A DNA stretch of 64,000 nt from Eledone cirrhosa (Eukaryota), in the NCBI GenBank assembly GCA_964016885.1, contig OZ024742.1, positions 343,046,001-343,110,000 of the forward strand, written 5' to 3'. A program made the translations under genes and the position numbers. Of the stretch, positions 11,901 to 26,049 are shown in pieces; the stretch's first letter is position 1, and every line of letters starts with the position of its first letter. Below the pieces are notes generated by a model that was not told the DNA's origin, searched no databases, and saw only the letters and a list, made by a program, of their open reading frames with translations.

Positions 11901-14900
11901 GATCTACAGTGGTATGAAGTATGTAATCTCCAGTGGTATGAAGTATGTGATGTCCAGTGGTATGAAGTATGTGATCTCCAGTGGTATGAAGTAGGTGATC
12001 TCCAGTGGTATGAAGTATGTGAACTCCAGTGGTATGAAGTATGTAATCTCCAGTGGTATGAAGTATGTGATTGTGGTATGAAGTATGTGATCTCCAGTAG
12101 TATGAAGTATTTTAGCTCCAGTGGTATGAAGTATGTCAGCTCCAGTGGTATGAAATATGTGATCTACAGTGGTATGAAGTATGTGCTCTCCAGTGGTATG
12201 AAGTATGTGATCTCCTGTGGTATGAAGTATGTGATCTACAGTGGTATGAAGTATGTGATATCCTGTGGTATGAAGTATGTGATCTCCAGTGGTATGAAGT
12301 ATGTGATCTCCAGTGGTATGAAGTATGTCATCTCCAGTGGTATGAAGTATGCGATCTCCAGTGGTATGAAGTATGTGATCTCCAGTGGTATGAAGTATGT
12401 GATATCCAGTGGTATGAAGTATGTGATCTACAGTGGTATGAAGTATGTGATCTCCAGTGGTATGGAGTATGTGATCTACAGTGGTATGAAGTATCTCAGC
12501 TCCAGTGGTATGAAGTATGTGATCTCCTGTTGTATGAAGTATGTGATCTACAGTGGTATGAAGTATGTGATCTCCAGTGGTATGAAGTATGTGATCTACA
12601 GTGGTATGAAGTATGTGATCTCCTGTGGTATGAAGTATGTGATCTCCAGTGGTATGAAGTATGTCAGCTCCAGTGGTATGAAGTATGTGATCTCCAGTGG
12701 TATGAAGTATGTGATATCCAGTGGTATGAAGTATGTCAGCTCCAGTGGTATGAAGTATGTGATCTCCTGTGGTATGAATATGTGATCTACAGTGGTATGA
12801 AGTATGTGATCTCCAGTGGTATGAAGTATGTGATCTACAGTGGTATGAAGTATTTAATCTCCAGTGGTATGAAGTATGTGATCTCCAGTGGTATGAAGTA
12901 TGTGATCTACAGTGGTATGAAGTATGTGATCTCCAGTGGTATGAAGTATGTCAGCTCCAGTGGTATGAAGTATGTGATCTCCTGTGGTATGAAGTATGTG
13001 ATCTACAGTGGTATGAAGTATGTGATCTCCAGTGGTATGAAGTATGTGATCTACAGTGGAATGAAGTATGTAATCTCCAGTGGTATGAAGTATGTGATCT
13101 ACAGTGGTATGAAGTATGTGATCTCCAGTGGTATGAAGTATGTGATCTCCAGTGGTATGAAGTATGTCAGCTCCAGTGGTATGAAGTATGTGATCTCCAG
13201 TGGTATGAAGTATGTGATATCCAGTGGTATGAAGTATGTCAGCTCCAGTGGTATGAAGTATGTGATCTCCTGTGGTATGAAGTATGTGATCTACAGTGGT
13301 ATGAAGTATGTGATCTCCAGTGGTATGAAGTATGTGATCTACAGTGGTATGAAGTATGTAATCTCCAGTGGTATGAAGTATGTGATCTCCAGTGGTATGA
13401 AGTATGTGATCTACAGTGGTATGAAGTATGTGATCTCCAGTGGTATGAAGTATGTGATCTCCAGTGGTATGAAGTATGTGATCTCCATTGGTATGAAGTA
13501 TGTGATCTACAGTGGTATGAAGTATGTCAGCTCCAGTGGTATGAAGTATGTGATCTACAGTGGTATGAAGTATGTGATCTCCAGTGGTATGAAGTATGTC
13601 AGCTCCAGCGGTATGAAGTATGTGATCTCCTGTGGTATGAAGTATGTGATCTACAGTGGTATGAAGTATGTGATCTCCAGTGGTATGAAGTATGTGATCT
13701 ACAGTGGAATGAAGTATGTAATCTCCAGTGGTATGAAGTATGTGATCTACAGTGGTATGAAGTATGTGATCTCCAGTGGTATGAAGTATGTGATCTCCAG
13801 TGGTATGAAGTATGTCAGCTCCAGTGGTATGATGTATGTGATCTCCAGTGGTATGAAGTATGTGATATCCAGTGGTATGAAGTATGTCAGCTCCAGTGGT
13901 ATGAAGTATGTGATCTCCTGTGGTATGAAGTATGTGATCTACAGTGGTATGAAGTATGTGATCTCCAGTGGTATGAAGTATGTGATCTACAGTGGTATGA
14001 AGTATGTAATCTCCAGTGGTATGAAGTATGTGATCTCCAGTGGTATGAAGTATGTGATCTACAGTGGTATGAAGTATGTGATCTCCAGTGGTATGAAGTA
14101 TGTGATCTCCAGTGGTATGAAGTATGTGATCTCCATTGGTATGAAGTATGTGATCTACAGTGGTATGAAGTATGTCAGCTCCAGTGGTATGAAGTATGTG
14201 ATCTACAGTGGTATGAAGTATGTGATCTACAGTGGTATGAAGTATGTGATCTACAGTGGTATGAAGTAAGTCAGCTCCAGTGGTATGAAGTATATGATCT
14301 ACAGTGGTGTGAAGTATGTGATCTACAGTGGTATGAAGTATGTGATCTACAGTGGTATGAAGTATGTCAGCTCCAGTGGTATGAAGTATGTGATCTACAG
14401 TGGTATGAAGTATGTAATCTACAGTGGTATGAAGTATGTGATCTCCAGTGGTATGAAGTATGTGATCTCCTGTCGTATGAAATATGTCAGCTCCAGTGGT
14501 ATGAAGTATGTGATCTACAGTGGTATGAAGTATGTGATCTACAGTGGTATGAAGTATGTCAGCTCCAGTGGTATGAAGTATGTGATCTACAGTGGTATGA
14601 AGTATGTGATCTACAGTGGTATGAATATGTGATCTACAGTGGTATGAAGTATGTGATCTCCAGTAGTATGAAGTATGTGATCTACAGTGGTGTGAAGTAT
14701 GTGATCTACAGTGGTATGAAGTATGTGATCTACAGTGGTATGAAGTATGTGATCTACAGTGGTATGAAGTATGTGATCTACAGTGGTATGCAGTATGTGA
14801 TCTACAGTGGTATGAAGTATGTGATCTACAGTGGTATGAAGTATGTGATCTACAGTGGTATGAAGTATGTCAGCTCCAGTGGTATGAAGTATGTGATCTC

Positions 14901-17900
14901 CAGTGGTATGAAGTATGTGATCTCCAGTGGTATGAAGTATGTGATCTACAGTGGTATGAAGTATGTGATCTACAGTTGTATGAAGTATGTGATCTACAGT
15001 GGTATGAAGTATGTGATCTACAGTGGTGTGAAGTATGTGATCTACAGTGGTATGAAGTATGTCAGCTCCAGTGGTATGAAGTATGTGATCTACAGTGGTA
15101 TGAAGTATGTCAGCTCCAGTTGTATGAAGTATGTGATCTCCAGTGGTATGAAGTATGTGATCTTCAGTGGTATGAAGTATGTGATCTTCATTGGTATGAA
15201 GTATGTGATCTACAGTGGTATGAAGTATGTGATCTACAGTGGTATGAAGTATGTGATCTACAGTGGTATGAAGTATGTGATCTACAGTAGTATGAAGTAT
15301 GTCAGCTCCAGTGGTATGAAGTATGTGATCTACAGTGGTATGAAGTATGTGATCTACAGTGGTATGAATTATGTTATCTACAGTGGTATGAAGTATGTCA
15401 GCTCCAGTGGTATGAAGTATGTGATCTACAGTGGTATGAAGTATGTGATCTACAGTGGTATGAAGTATGTCAGCTCCAGTGGTATGAAGTATGTGATCTA
15501 CAGTGGTATGAAGTATGTGATCTACAGTGGTATGAATATGTGATCTACAGTGGTATGAAGTATGTGATCTCCAGTAGTATGAAGTATGTGATCTACAGTG
15601 GTATGAAGTATGTGATCTCCAGTGGTATGAAGTATGTGATAACCTGTGGTATGAAGTATGTGATATCCTGTGGTATGAAGTTTGTGATCTACAGTGGTAT
15701 GAAGTATGTGATCTCCAGTGGTATGAAGTATGTGATATCCTGTGGTATGAAGTATGTGATATCCAGTGGTATGAAGTATGTGATCTACAGTGGTATGAAG
15801 TATGTGATCTACAGTGGTATGAAGTATGTGATCTCCAGTGGTATGAAGTATGTGATCTCCAGTGGTATGAAGTATGTGATATCCTGTGGTATGAAGTATG
15901 TGATCTCCAGTGGTATGAAGTATGTGATCTACAGTGGTATGAAGTATGTAATCTCCAGTGGTATGATGTATGTGATCTCCAGTGGTATGAAGTATGTGAT
16001 CTCCAGTGGTATGAAGTATGTGATCTACAGTGGTATGAAGTATGTAATCTCCAGTGGTATGAAGTATGTGATCTACAGTGGTATGAAGTATGTGATCTAC
16101 AGTGGTATGAAGTATGTGATCTACAGTGGTATGAAGTATGTGATCTCCAGTGGTATGAAGTATGTAATCTACAGTGGTATGAAGTATGTGATCTCCAGTG
16201 GTATGAAGTATGTGATCTCCTGTGGTATGAAATATGTCAGCTCCAGTGGTATGAAGTATGTGATCTCCAGTGGTATGAAGTATGTGATCTCCAGTTGTAT
16301 GAAATATGTGATCTACAGTGGTATGAAGTATGTGATCTCCAGTGGTATGAAGTATGTGATCTCCAGTGGTATGAAGTATGTGATCTCCAGTGGTATGAAG
16401 TATGTGATCTCCAGTGGTATGAAGTATGTGATATCCTGTGGTATGAAGTATGTCAGCTCCAGTGGTATGAAGTATGTGATCTCCAGTGGTATGAAATATG
16501 TGATCTACAGTGGTATGAAGTATGTTAGCTCCAGTGGTATGAAGTATGTGATCTACAGTGGTATGAAGTATGTCAGCTCCAGTGGTATGAAGTATGTGAT
16601 CTCCAGTGGTATGAAGTATGTGATCTCCTGTGGTATGAAGTATGTGATCTACAGTGGTATGAAGTATGTGATCTACAGTGGTATGAAGTATGTGATCTAC
16701 AGTGGTATGAAGTATGTGATCTACAGTGGTATGAAGTATGTGATCTACAGTGGTATGAAGTATGTGATCTCCAGTGGTATGAAGCATGTCAGCTCCAGTG
16801 GTATGAAGTATGTGATCTACAGTGGTATGAAGTATGTGATCTCCAGTGGTATGAAGTATGTGATCTCCAGTGGTATGAAGTATGTGATCTCCAGTGGTAT
16901 GAAGTATGTGATCTCCATTGGTATGAAGTATGTGATCTACAGTGGTATGAAGTATGTCAGCTCCAGTGGTATGAAGTATGTGATCTACAGTGGTATGAAG
17001 TTTGTGATCTACAGTGGTATGAAGTATGTGATCTACAGTGGTATGAAGTATGTCAGCTCCAGTGGTATGAAGTATATGATCTACAGTGGTATGAAGTATG
17101 TGATCTACAGTGGTATGAAGTATGTGATCTACAGTGGTATGAAGTATGTCAGCTCCAGTGGTATGAAGTATGTGATCTACAGTGGTATGAAGTATGTAAT
17201 CTACAGTGGTATGAAGTATGTGATCTCCAGTGGTATGAAGTATGTGATCTCCTGTCGTATGAAATATGTCAGCTCCAGTGGTATGAAGTATGTGATCTCC
17301 AGTGGTATGAAGTATGTGATCTCCAGTGGTATGAAATTTGTGATCTACAGTGGTATGAAGTATGTGATCTCCAGTGGTATGAAGTATGTGATCTCCAGTG
17401 ATATGAAATATGTGATCTCTAGTGGTATGAAGTATGTGATCTCCAGTGGTATGAAGTATGTCATATCCTGTGGTATGAAGTATGTGAGCTCCAGTGGTAT
17501 GAAGTATGTCAGCTCCAGTGGTATGAAGTATGTGATCTCCAGTGGTATGAAGTATGTTAGCTCCAGTGGTATGAAGTATGTGATCTACAGTGGTATGAAG
17601 TATGTCAGCTCCAGTGGTATGAAGTATGTGATCTACAATGGTATGAAGTATGTGATCTACAGTGGTATGAATATGTGATCTACAGTGGTATGAAGTATGT
17701 GATCTCCTGTGGTATGAAGTATGTGATCTACAGTGGTATGAAGTATGTGATCTACAGTGGTATGAAGTATGTGATCTACAGTGGTATGAAGTATGTGATC
17801 TACAGTGGTATGCAGTATGTGATCTACAGTGGTATGAAGTATGTGATCTACAGTGGTATGAAGTATCTGATCTACAGTGGTATGAAGTATGTCAGCTCCA

Positions 17901-20900
17901 GTGGTATGAAGTATGTGATCTACAGTGGTATGAAGTATGTGATCTACAGTGGTATGAAGTATGTGATATCCTGTGGTATGAAGTATGTGATCTCCTGTGG
18001 TATGAAGTATGTGATATCCTGTGGTATGAAGTATGTGATATCCAGTGGTATGAAGTATGTGATCTACAGTGGTATGAAGTATGTGATCTACAGTGGTATG
18101 AAGTATGTGATATCCTGTGGTATGAAGTATGTGATCTCCTGTGGTATGAAGTATGTGATATCCTGTGGTATGAAGTATGTGATATCCTGTGGTATGAAGT
18201 ATGTGATCTACAGTGGTATGAAGTATGTGATATCCTGTGGTATGAAGTATGTGATCTCCAGTGGTATGAAGTATGTGATATCCTGTGGTATGAAGTATGT
18301 GATATCCTGTGGTATGAAGTATGTGATCTACAGTGGTATGATGTATGTAATCTCCAGTGGTATGAAGTATGTGATCTACAGTGGTATGAAGTATGTAATC
18401 TCCAGTAGTATGAAGTATGTGATCTCCAGTGGTATGAAGTATGTGATCTCCAGTGGTATGAAGTATGTGAACTCCAGTGGTATGAAGTATGTAATCTCCA
18501 GTGGTATGAAGTATGTGATTGTGGTATGAAGTATGTGATCTCCAGTAGTATGAAGTATTTCAGCTCCAGTGGTATGAATTATGTCAGCTCCAGTGGTATG
18601 AAGTATGTGATCTACAGTGGTATGAAGTATGTGATCTCCAGTGGTATGAAGTATCTGATCTCCTGTGGTATGAAGTATGTGATCTACAGTGGTATGAAGT
18701 TTGTGATATCCTGTGGTATAAAGTATGTGATCTCCAGTGGTAAGAAGTATGTGATCTCCAGTGGTATGAAGTATGTCATCTCCAGTGGTATGAAGTATGT
18801 GATCTCCAGTGGTATGAAGTATATGATCTCCAGTGGTATGAAGTATGTGATATCCAGTGGTATGAAGTATGTGATCTACAGTGGTATGAAGTATGTGATC
18901 TCCAGTGGTATGAAGTATGTGATATCCAGTGGTATGAAGTATGTGATCTACAGTGGTATGAATATGTCAGCTCCAGTGGTATGAAGTATGTGATCTCCTG
19001 TGGTATGAAGTATGTGATCTACAGTGGTATGAAGTATGTGATCTCCAGTGGTCTGAAGTATGTGATCTACAGTGGTATGAAGTATGTGATATCCTGTGGT
19101 ATGAAGTATGTGATCTCCAGTGGTATGAAGTATGTGATCTCCAGTGGTATGAAGTATGTGATCTCCAGTGGTATGAAGTATGTTAGCTCCAGTGGTATGA
19201 AGTATGTGATCTCCAGTGGTATGATGTATGTTATATCCTGTGGTATGAAGTATGTTATCTCCAGTGGTATGATGTATGTCAGCTCCAGTGGTATGAAGTA
19301 TGTGATCTCCAGTGGTATGAAACATGTGATCTACAGTGGTATGAAGTATGTTAGCTCCAGTGGTATGAAGTATGTGATCTACAGTAGTATGAAGCATGTC
19401 AGCTCCAGTGGTATGAAGTATGTGATCTCCAGTGGTATGAAGTATGTCAGCTCCAGTGGTATGAAGTATGTGATCTACAGTGGTATGAAGTATGTGATCT
19501 ACAGTGGTATGAAGTATGTGATCTACAGTGGTATGAAGTATGTCAGCTCCAGTGGTATGAAGTATATGATCTACAGTGGTATGAAGTATGTGATCTACAG
19601 TGGTATGAAGTATGTGATCTACAGTGGTATGAAGTATGTCAGCTCCAGTGGTATGAAGTATGTGATCTACAGTGGTATGAAGTATGTAATCTACAGTGGT
19701 ATGAAGTATGTGATCTCCAGTGGTATGAAGTATGTGATCTCCTGTCGTATGAAATATGTCAGCTCCAGTGGTATGAAGTATGTGATCGCCAGTGGTATGA
19801 AGTATGTGATCTCCAGTGGTATGAAATTTGTGATCTACAGTGGTATGAAGTATGTGATCTCCAGTGGTATGAAGTATGTGATCTCCAGTGATATGAAATA
19901 TGTGATCTCCAGTGGTATGAAGTATGTGATCTCCAGTGGTATGAAGTATGTCATATCCTGTGGTATGAAGTATGTGATCTCCAGTGGTATGAAGTATGTC
20001 AGCTCCAGTGGTATGAAGTATGTGATCTCCAGTGGTATGAAGTATGTGATCTCCAGTGGTATGAAATATGTGATCTACAGTGGTATGAAGTATGTTAGCT
20101 CCAGTGGTATGAAGTATGTGATCTACAGTGGTATGAAGTATGTCAGCTCCAGTGGTATGAAGTATGTGATCTACAGTGGTATGAAGTATGTGATCTCCTG
20201 TGGTATGAAGTATGTGATCTACAGTGGTATGAAGTATGTGATCTACAGTGGTATGAAGTATGTGATCTACAGTGGTATGAAGTATGTGATCTACAGTGGT
20301 ATGAAGTATGTGATCTACAGTGGTATGAAGTATGTCAGCTCCAGTGGTATGAAGTATGTGATCTACAGTGGTATGAAGTATGTCAGCTCCAGTTGTATGA
20401 AGTATGTGATCTCCAGTGGTATGAAGTATGTGATCTTCAGTGGTATGAAGTATGTGATCTCCATTGGTATGAAGTATGTGATCTACAGTGGTATGAAGTA
20501 TGTGATCTACAGTGGTATGAAGTATGTGATCTACAGTGGTATGAAGTATGTGATCTACAGTGGTATGAAGTATGTCAGCTCCAGTGGTATGAAGTATGTG
20601 ATCTACAGTGGTATGAAGTATGTGATCTACAGTGGTATGAATTATGTTATCTACAGTGGTATGAAGTATGTCAGCTCCAGTGGTATGAAGTATGTGATCT
20701 ACAGTGGTATGAAGTATGTGATCTACAGTGGTATGAAGTATGTCAGCTCCAGTGGTATGAAGTATGTGATCTACAGTGGTATGAAGTATGTGATCTACAG
20801 TGGTATGAATATGTGATCTACAGTGGTATGAAGTATGTGATCTCCAGTAGTATGAAGTATGTGATCTACAGTGGTATGAAGTTTGTGATCTACAGTGGTA

Positions 20901-23900
20901 TGAAGTATGTGATCTACAGTGGTATGAAGTATGTGATCTACAGTGGTATGAAGTATGTGATCTACAGTGGTATAAAGTATGTGATCTACAGTGGTATGAA
21001 GTATGTCAGCTCCAGTGGTATGAAGTATGTGATCTACAGTGGTATGAAGTATGTGATCTACAGTGGTATGAAGTAAGTGATATCCTGTGGTATGAAGTAT
21101 GTGATCTCCTGTGGTATGAAGTATGTGATATCGTGTGGTATGAAGTATGTGATATCCAGTGGTATGAAGTATGTGATATCGTGTGGTATGAAGTATGTGA
21201 TCTACAGTGGTATGAAGTATGTGATATCCTGTGGTATGAAGTATGTGATATCCTGTGGTATGAAGTATGTGATCTACAGTGGTATGAAGTATGTGATATC
21301 CTGTGGTATGAAGTCTGTGATCTCCAGTGGTATGAAGTATGTGATATCCTGTGGTATGAAGTATGTGATCTACAGTGGTATGATGTATGTAATCTCCAGT
21401 GGTATGAAGTATGTGATCTACAGTGGTATGAAGTATGTAATCTCCAGTGGTATGAAGTATGTGATGTCCAGTGGTATGAAGTATGTGATCTCCAGTGGTA
21501 TGAAGTATGTGATCTCCAGTGGTATGAAGTATGTGAACTCCAGTGGTATGAAGTATGTAATCTCCAGTGGTATGAAGTATGTGATTGTGGTATGAAGTAT
21601 GTGATCTCCAGTAGTATGAAGTATTTTAGCTCCAGTGGTATGAAGTATGTCAGCTCCAGTGGTATGAAATATGTGATCTACAGTGGTATGAAGTATGTGC
21701 TCTTCAGTGGTATGAAGTATGTGATCTCCTGTGGTATGAAGTATGTGATCTACAGTGGTATGAAGTATGTGATATCCTGTGGTATGAAGTATGTGATCTC
21801 CAGTGGTATGAAGTATGTGATCTCCAGTGGTATGAAGTATGTCATCTCCAGTGGTATGAAGTATGCGATCTCCAGTGGTATGAAGTATGTGATCTCCAGT
21901 GGTATGAAGTATGTGATATCCAGTGGTATGAAGTATGTGATCTACAGTGGTATGAAGTATGTGATCTCCAGTGGTATGGAGTATGTGATCTACAGTGGTA
22001 TGAAGTATCTCAGCTCCAGTGGTATGAAGTATGTGATCTCCTGTTGTATGAAGTATGTGATCTACAGTGGTATGAAGTATGTGATCTCCAGTGGTATGAA
22101 GTATGTGATCTACAGTGGTATGAAGTATGTGATCTCCTGTGGTATGAAGTATGTGATCTCCAGTGGTATGAAGTATGTCAGCTCCAGTGGTATGAAGTAT
22201 GTGATCTCCAGTGGTATGAAGTATGTGATATCCAGTGGTATGAAGTATGTCAGCTCCAGTGGTATGAAGTATGTGATCTCCTGTGGTATGAATATGTGAT
22301 CTACAGTGGTATGAAGTATGTGATCTCCAGTGGTATGAAGTATGTGATCTACAGTGGTATGAAGTATTTAATCTCCAGTGGTATGAAGTATGTGATCTCC
22401 AGTGGTATGAAGTATGTGATCTACAGTGGTATGAAGTATGTGATCTCCAGTGGTATGAAGTATGTCAGCTCCAGTGGTATGAAGTATGTGATCTCCTGTG
22501 GTATGAAGTATGTGATCTACAGTGGTATGAAGTATGTGATCTCCAGTGGTATGAAGTATGTGATCTACAGTGGAATGAAGTATGTAATCTCCAGTGGTAT
22601 GAAGTATGTGATCTACAGTGGTATGAAGTATGTGATCTCCAGTGGTATGAAGTATGTGATCTCCAGTGGTATGAAGTATGTCAGCTCCAGTGGTATGAAG
22701 TATGTGATCTCCAGTGGTATGAAGTATGTGATATCCAGTGGTATGAAGTATGTCAGCTCCAGTGGTATGAAGTATGTGATCTCCTGTGGTATGAAGTATG
22801 TGATCTACAGTGGTATGAAGTATGTGATCTCCAGTGGTATGAAGTATGTGATCTACAGTGGTATGAAGTATGTAATCTCCAGTGGTATGAAGTATGTGAT
22901 CTCCAGTGGTATGAAGTATGTGATCTACAGTGGTATGAAGTATGTGATCTCCAGTGGTATGAAGTATGTGATCTCCAGTGGTATGAAGTATGTGATCTCC
23001 ATTGGTATGAAGTATGTGATCTACAGTGGTATGAAGTATGTCAGCTCCAGTGGTATGAAGTATGTGATCTACAGTGGTATGAAGTATGTGATCTCCAGTG
23101 GTATGAAGTATGTCAGCTCCAGCGGTATGAAGTATGTGATCTCCTGTGGTATGAAGTATGTGATCTACAGTGGTATGAAGTATGTGATCTCCAGTGGTAT
23201 GAAGTATGTGATCTACAGTGGAATGAAGTATGTAATCTCCAGTGGTATGAAGTATGTGATCTACAGTGGTATGAAGTATGTGATCTCCAGTGGTATGAAG
23301 TATGTGATCTCCAGTGGTATGAAGTATGTCAGCTCCAGTGGTATGATGTATGTGATCTCCAGTGGTATGAAGTATGTGATATCCAGTGGTATGAAGTATG
23401 TCAGCTCCAGTGGTATGAAGTATGTGATCTCCTGTGGTATGAAGTATGTGATCTACAGTGGTATGAAGTATGTGATCTCCAGTGGTATGAAGTATGTGAT
23501 CTACAGTGGTATGAAGTATGTAATCTCCAGTGGTATGAAGTATGTGATCTCCAGTGGTATGAAGTATGTGATCTACAGTGGTATGAAGTATGTGATCTCC
23601 AGTGGTATGAAGTATGTGATCTCCAGTGGTATGAAGTATGTGATCTCCATTGGTATGAAGTATGTGATCTACAGTGGTATGAAGTATGTCAGCTCCAGTG
23701 GTATGAAGTATGTGATCTACAGTGGTATGAAGTATGTGATCTACAGTGGTATGAAGTATGTGATCTACAGTGGTATGAAGTATGTCAGCTCCAGTGGTAT
23801 GAAGTATATGATCTACAGTGGTATGAAGTATGTGATCTACAGTGGTATGAAGTATGTGATCTACAGTGGTATGAAGTATGTCAGCTCCAGTGGTATGAAG

Positions 23901-25093
23901 TATGTGATCTACAGTGGTATGAAGTATGTAATCTACAGTGGTATGAAGTATGTGATCTCCAGTGGTATGAAGTATGTGATCTCCTGTCGTATGAAATATG
24001 TCAGCTCCAGTGGTATGAAGTATGTGATCTACAGTGGTATGAAGTATGTGATCTACAGTGGTATGAAGTATGTCAGCTCCAGTGGTATGAAGTATGTGAT
24101 CTACAGTGGTATGAAGTATGTGATCTACAGTGGTATGAATATGTGATCTACAGTGGTATGAAGTATGTGATCTCCAGTAGTATGAAGTATGTGATCTCCA
24201 GTGGTATGAAGTATGTGATCTACAGTGGTATGAAGTATGTGATCTACAGTGGTATGAAGTATGTGATCTACAGTGGTATGAAGTATGTGATCTACAGTGG
24301 TATGCAGTATGTGATCTACAGTGGTATGAAGTATGTGATCTACAGTGGTATGAAGTATGTGATCTACAGTGGTATGAAGTATGTCAGCTCCAGTGGTATG
24401 AAGTATGTGATCTCCAGTGGTATGAAGTATGTGATCTCCAGTGGTATGAAGTATGTGATCTACAGTGGTATGAAGTATGTGATCTACAGTTGTATGAAGT
24501 ATGTGATCTACAGTGGTATGAAGTATGTGATCTACAGTGGTATGAAGTATGTGATCTACAGTGGTATGAAGTATGTCAGCTCCAGTGGTATGAAGTATGT
24601 GATCTACAGTGGTATGAAGTATGTCAGCTCCAGTTGTATGAAGTATGTGATCTCCAGTGGTATGAAGTATGTGATCTTCAGTGGTATGAAGTATGTGATC
24701 TTCATTGGTATGAAGTATGTGATCTACAGTGGTATGAAGTATGTGATCTACAGTGGTATGAAGTATGTGATCTACAGTGGTATGAAGTATGTGATCTACA
24801 GTAGTATGAAGTATGTCAGCTCCAGTGGTATGAAGTATGTGATCTACAGTGGTATGAAGTATGTGATCTACAGTGGTATGAATTATGTTATCTACAGTGG
24901 TATGAAGTATGTCAGCTCCAGTGGTATGAAGTATGTGATCTACAGTGGTATGAAGTATGTGATCTACAGTGGTATGAAGTATGTCAGCTCCAGTGGTATG
25001 AAGTATGTGATCTACAGTGGTATGAAGTATGTGATCTACAGTGGTATGAATATGTGATCTACAGTGGTATGAAGTATGTGATCTCCAGTAGTA
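6042..25093. repeat. Near-perfect tandem duplication of about 9.5 kb (copy 1 about 6042-15579, copy 2 about 15580-25093)
   Basis: Offset 9538 for ATAACC 6101/15639 and ORF starts 8137/17675, 8988/18526, 9443/18981. Offset 9514 after a one-monomer difference near 10860: 11563/21077, 12530/22044, 14629/24143, 15540/25054. Confidence 0.93.
12900..14195. repeat. 648-bp (27-monomer) tandem duplication nested in the 9.5-kb unit, repeated at about 22414-23709
   Basis: GTGGAATG at about 13056/13704 and CTCCATTGG (CATT at 13486/14134), offset 648. Confidence 0.85.
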
Positions 25094-26049
25094 TGAAGTA
25101 TGTGATCTACAGTGGTATGAAGTATGTGATCTACAGTGGTATGAAGTATGTGATCTACAGTGGTATGAAGTATGTGATCTACAGTGGTATGAAGTATGTG
25201 ATCTACAGTGGTATGCAGTATGTGATCTACAGTGGTATGAAGTATGTGATCTACAGTAGTATGAAGTATGTGATCTACAGTGGTATGAAGTATGTCAGCT
25301 CCAGTGGTATAAAGTATGTGATCTACAGTGGTATGAAGTATGTGATCTACAGTGGTATGAAGTATGTGATATCCTGTGGTATGAAGTATGTGATCTCCTG
25401 TGGTATGAAGTATGTGATATCCTGTGGTATGATGTATGTGATATCCAGTGGTATGAAGTATGTGATCTACAGTGGTATGAAGTATGTGATCTACAGTGGT
25501 ATGAAGTATGTGATATCCTGTGGTATGAAGTATGTGATCTACAGTGGTATGAAGTATGTGATATCCTGTGGTATGAAGTATGAGATATCCTGTGGTATGA
25601 AGTATGTGATCTACAGTGGTATGATGTATGTAATCTCCAGTGGTATGAAGTATGTGATCTACAGTGGTATGAAGTATGTAATCTCCAGTGGTATGAAGTA
25701 TGTGAACTCCAGTGGTATGAAGTATGTAATCTCCAGTGGTATGAAGTATGTGATTGTGGTATGAAGTATGTGATCTCCAGTAGTATGAAGTATTTCAGCT
25801 CCAGTGGTATGAAGTATGTCAGCTCCAGTGGTATGAAATATGTGATCTACAGTGGTATGAAGTATGTGATCTCCAGTGGTATGAAGTATGTGATCTCCTG
25901 TGGTATGAAGTATGTGATCTACAGTGGTATGAAGTATGTGATATCCTGTGGTATGAAGTATGTGATCTCCAGTGGTATGAAGTATGTGATCTCCAGTGGT
26001 ATGAAGTATGTCATCTCCAGTGGTATGAAGTATGTGATCTTCAGTGGTA

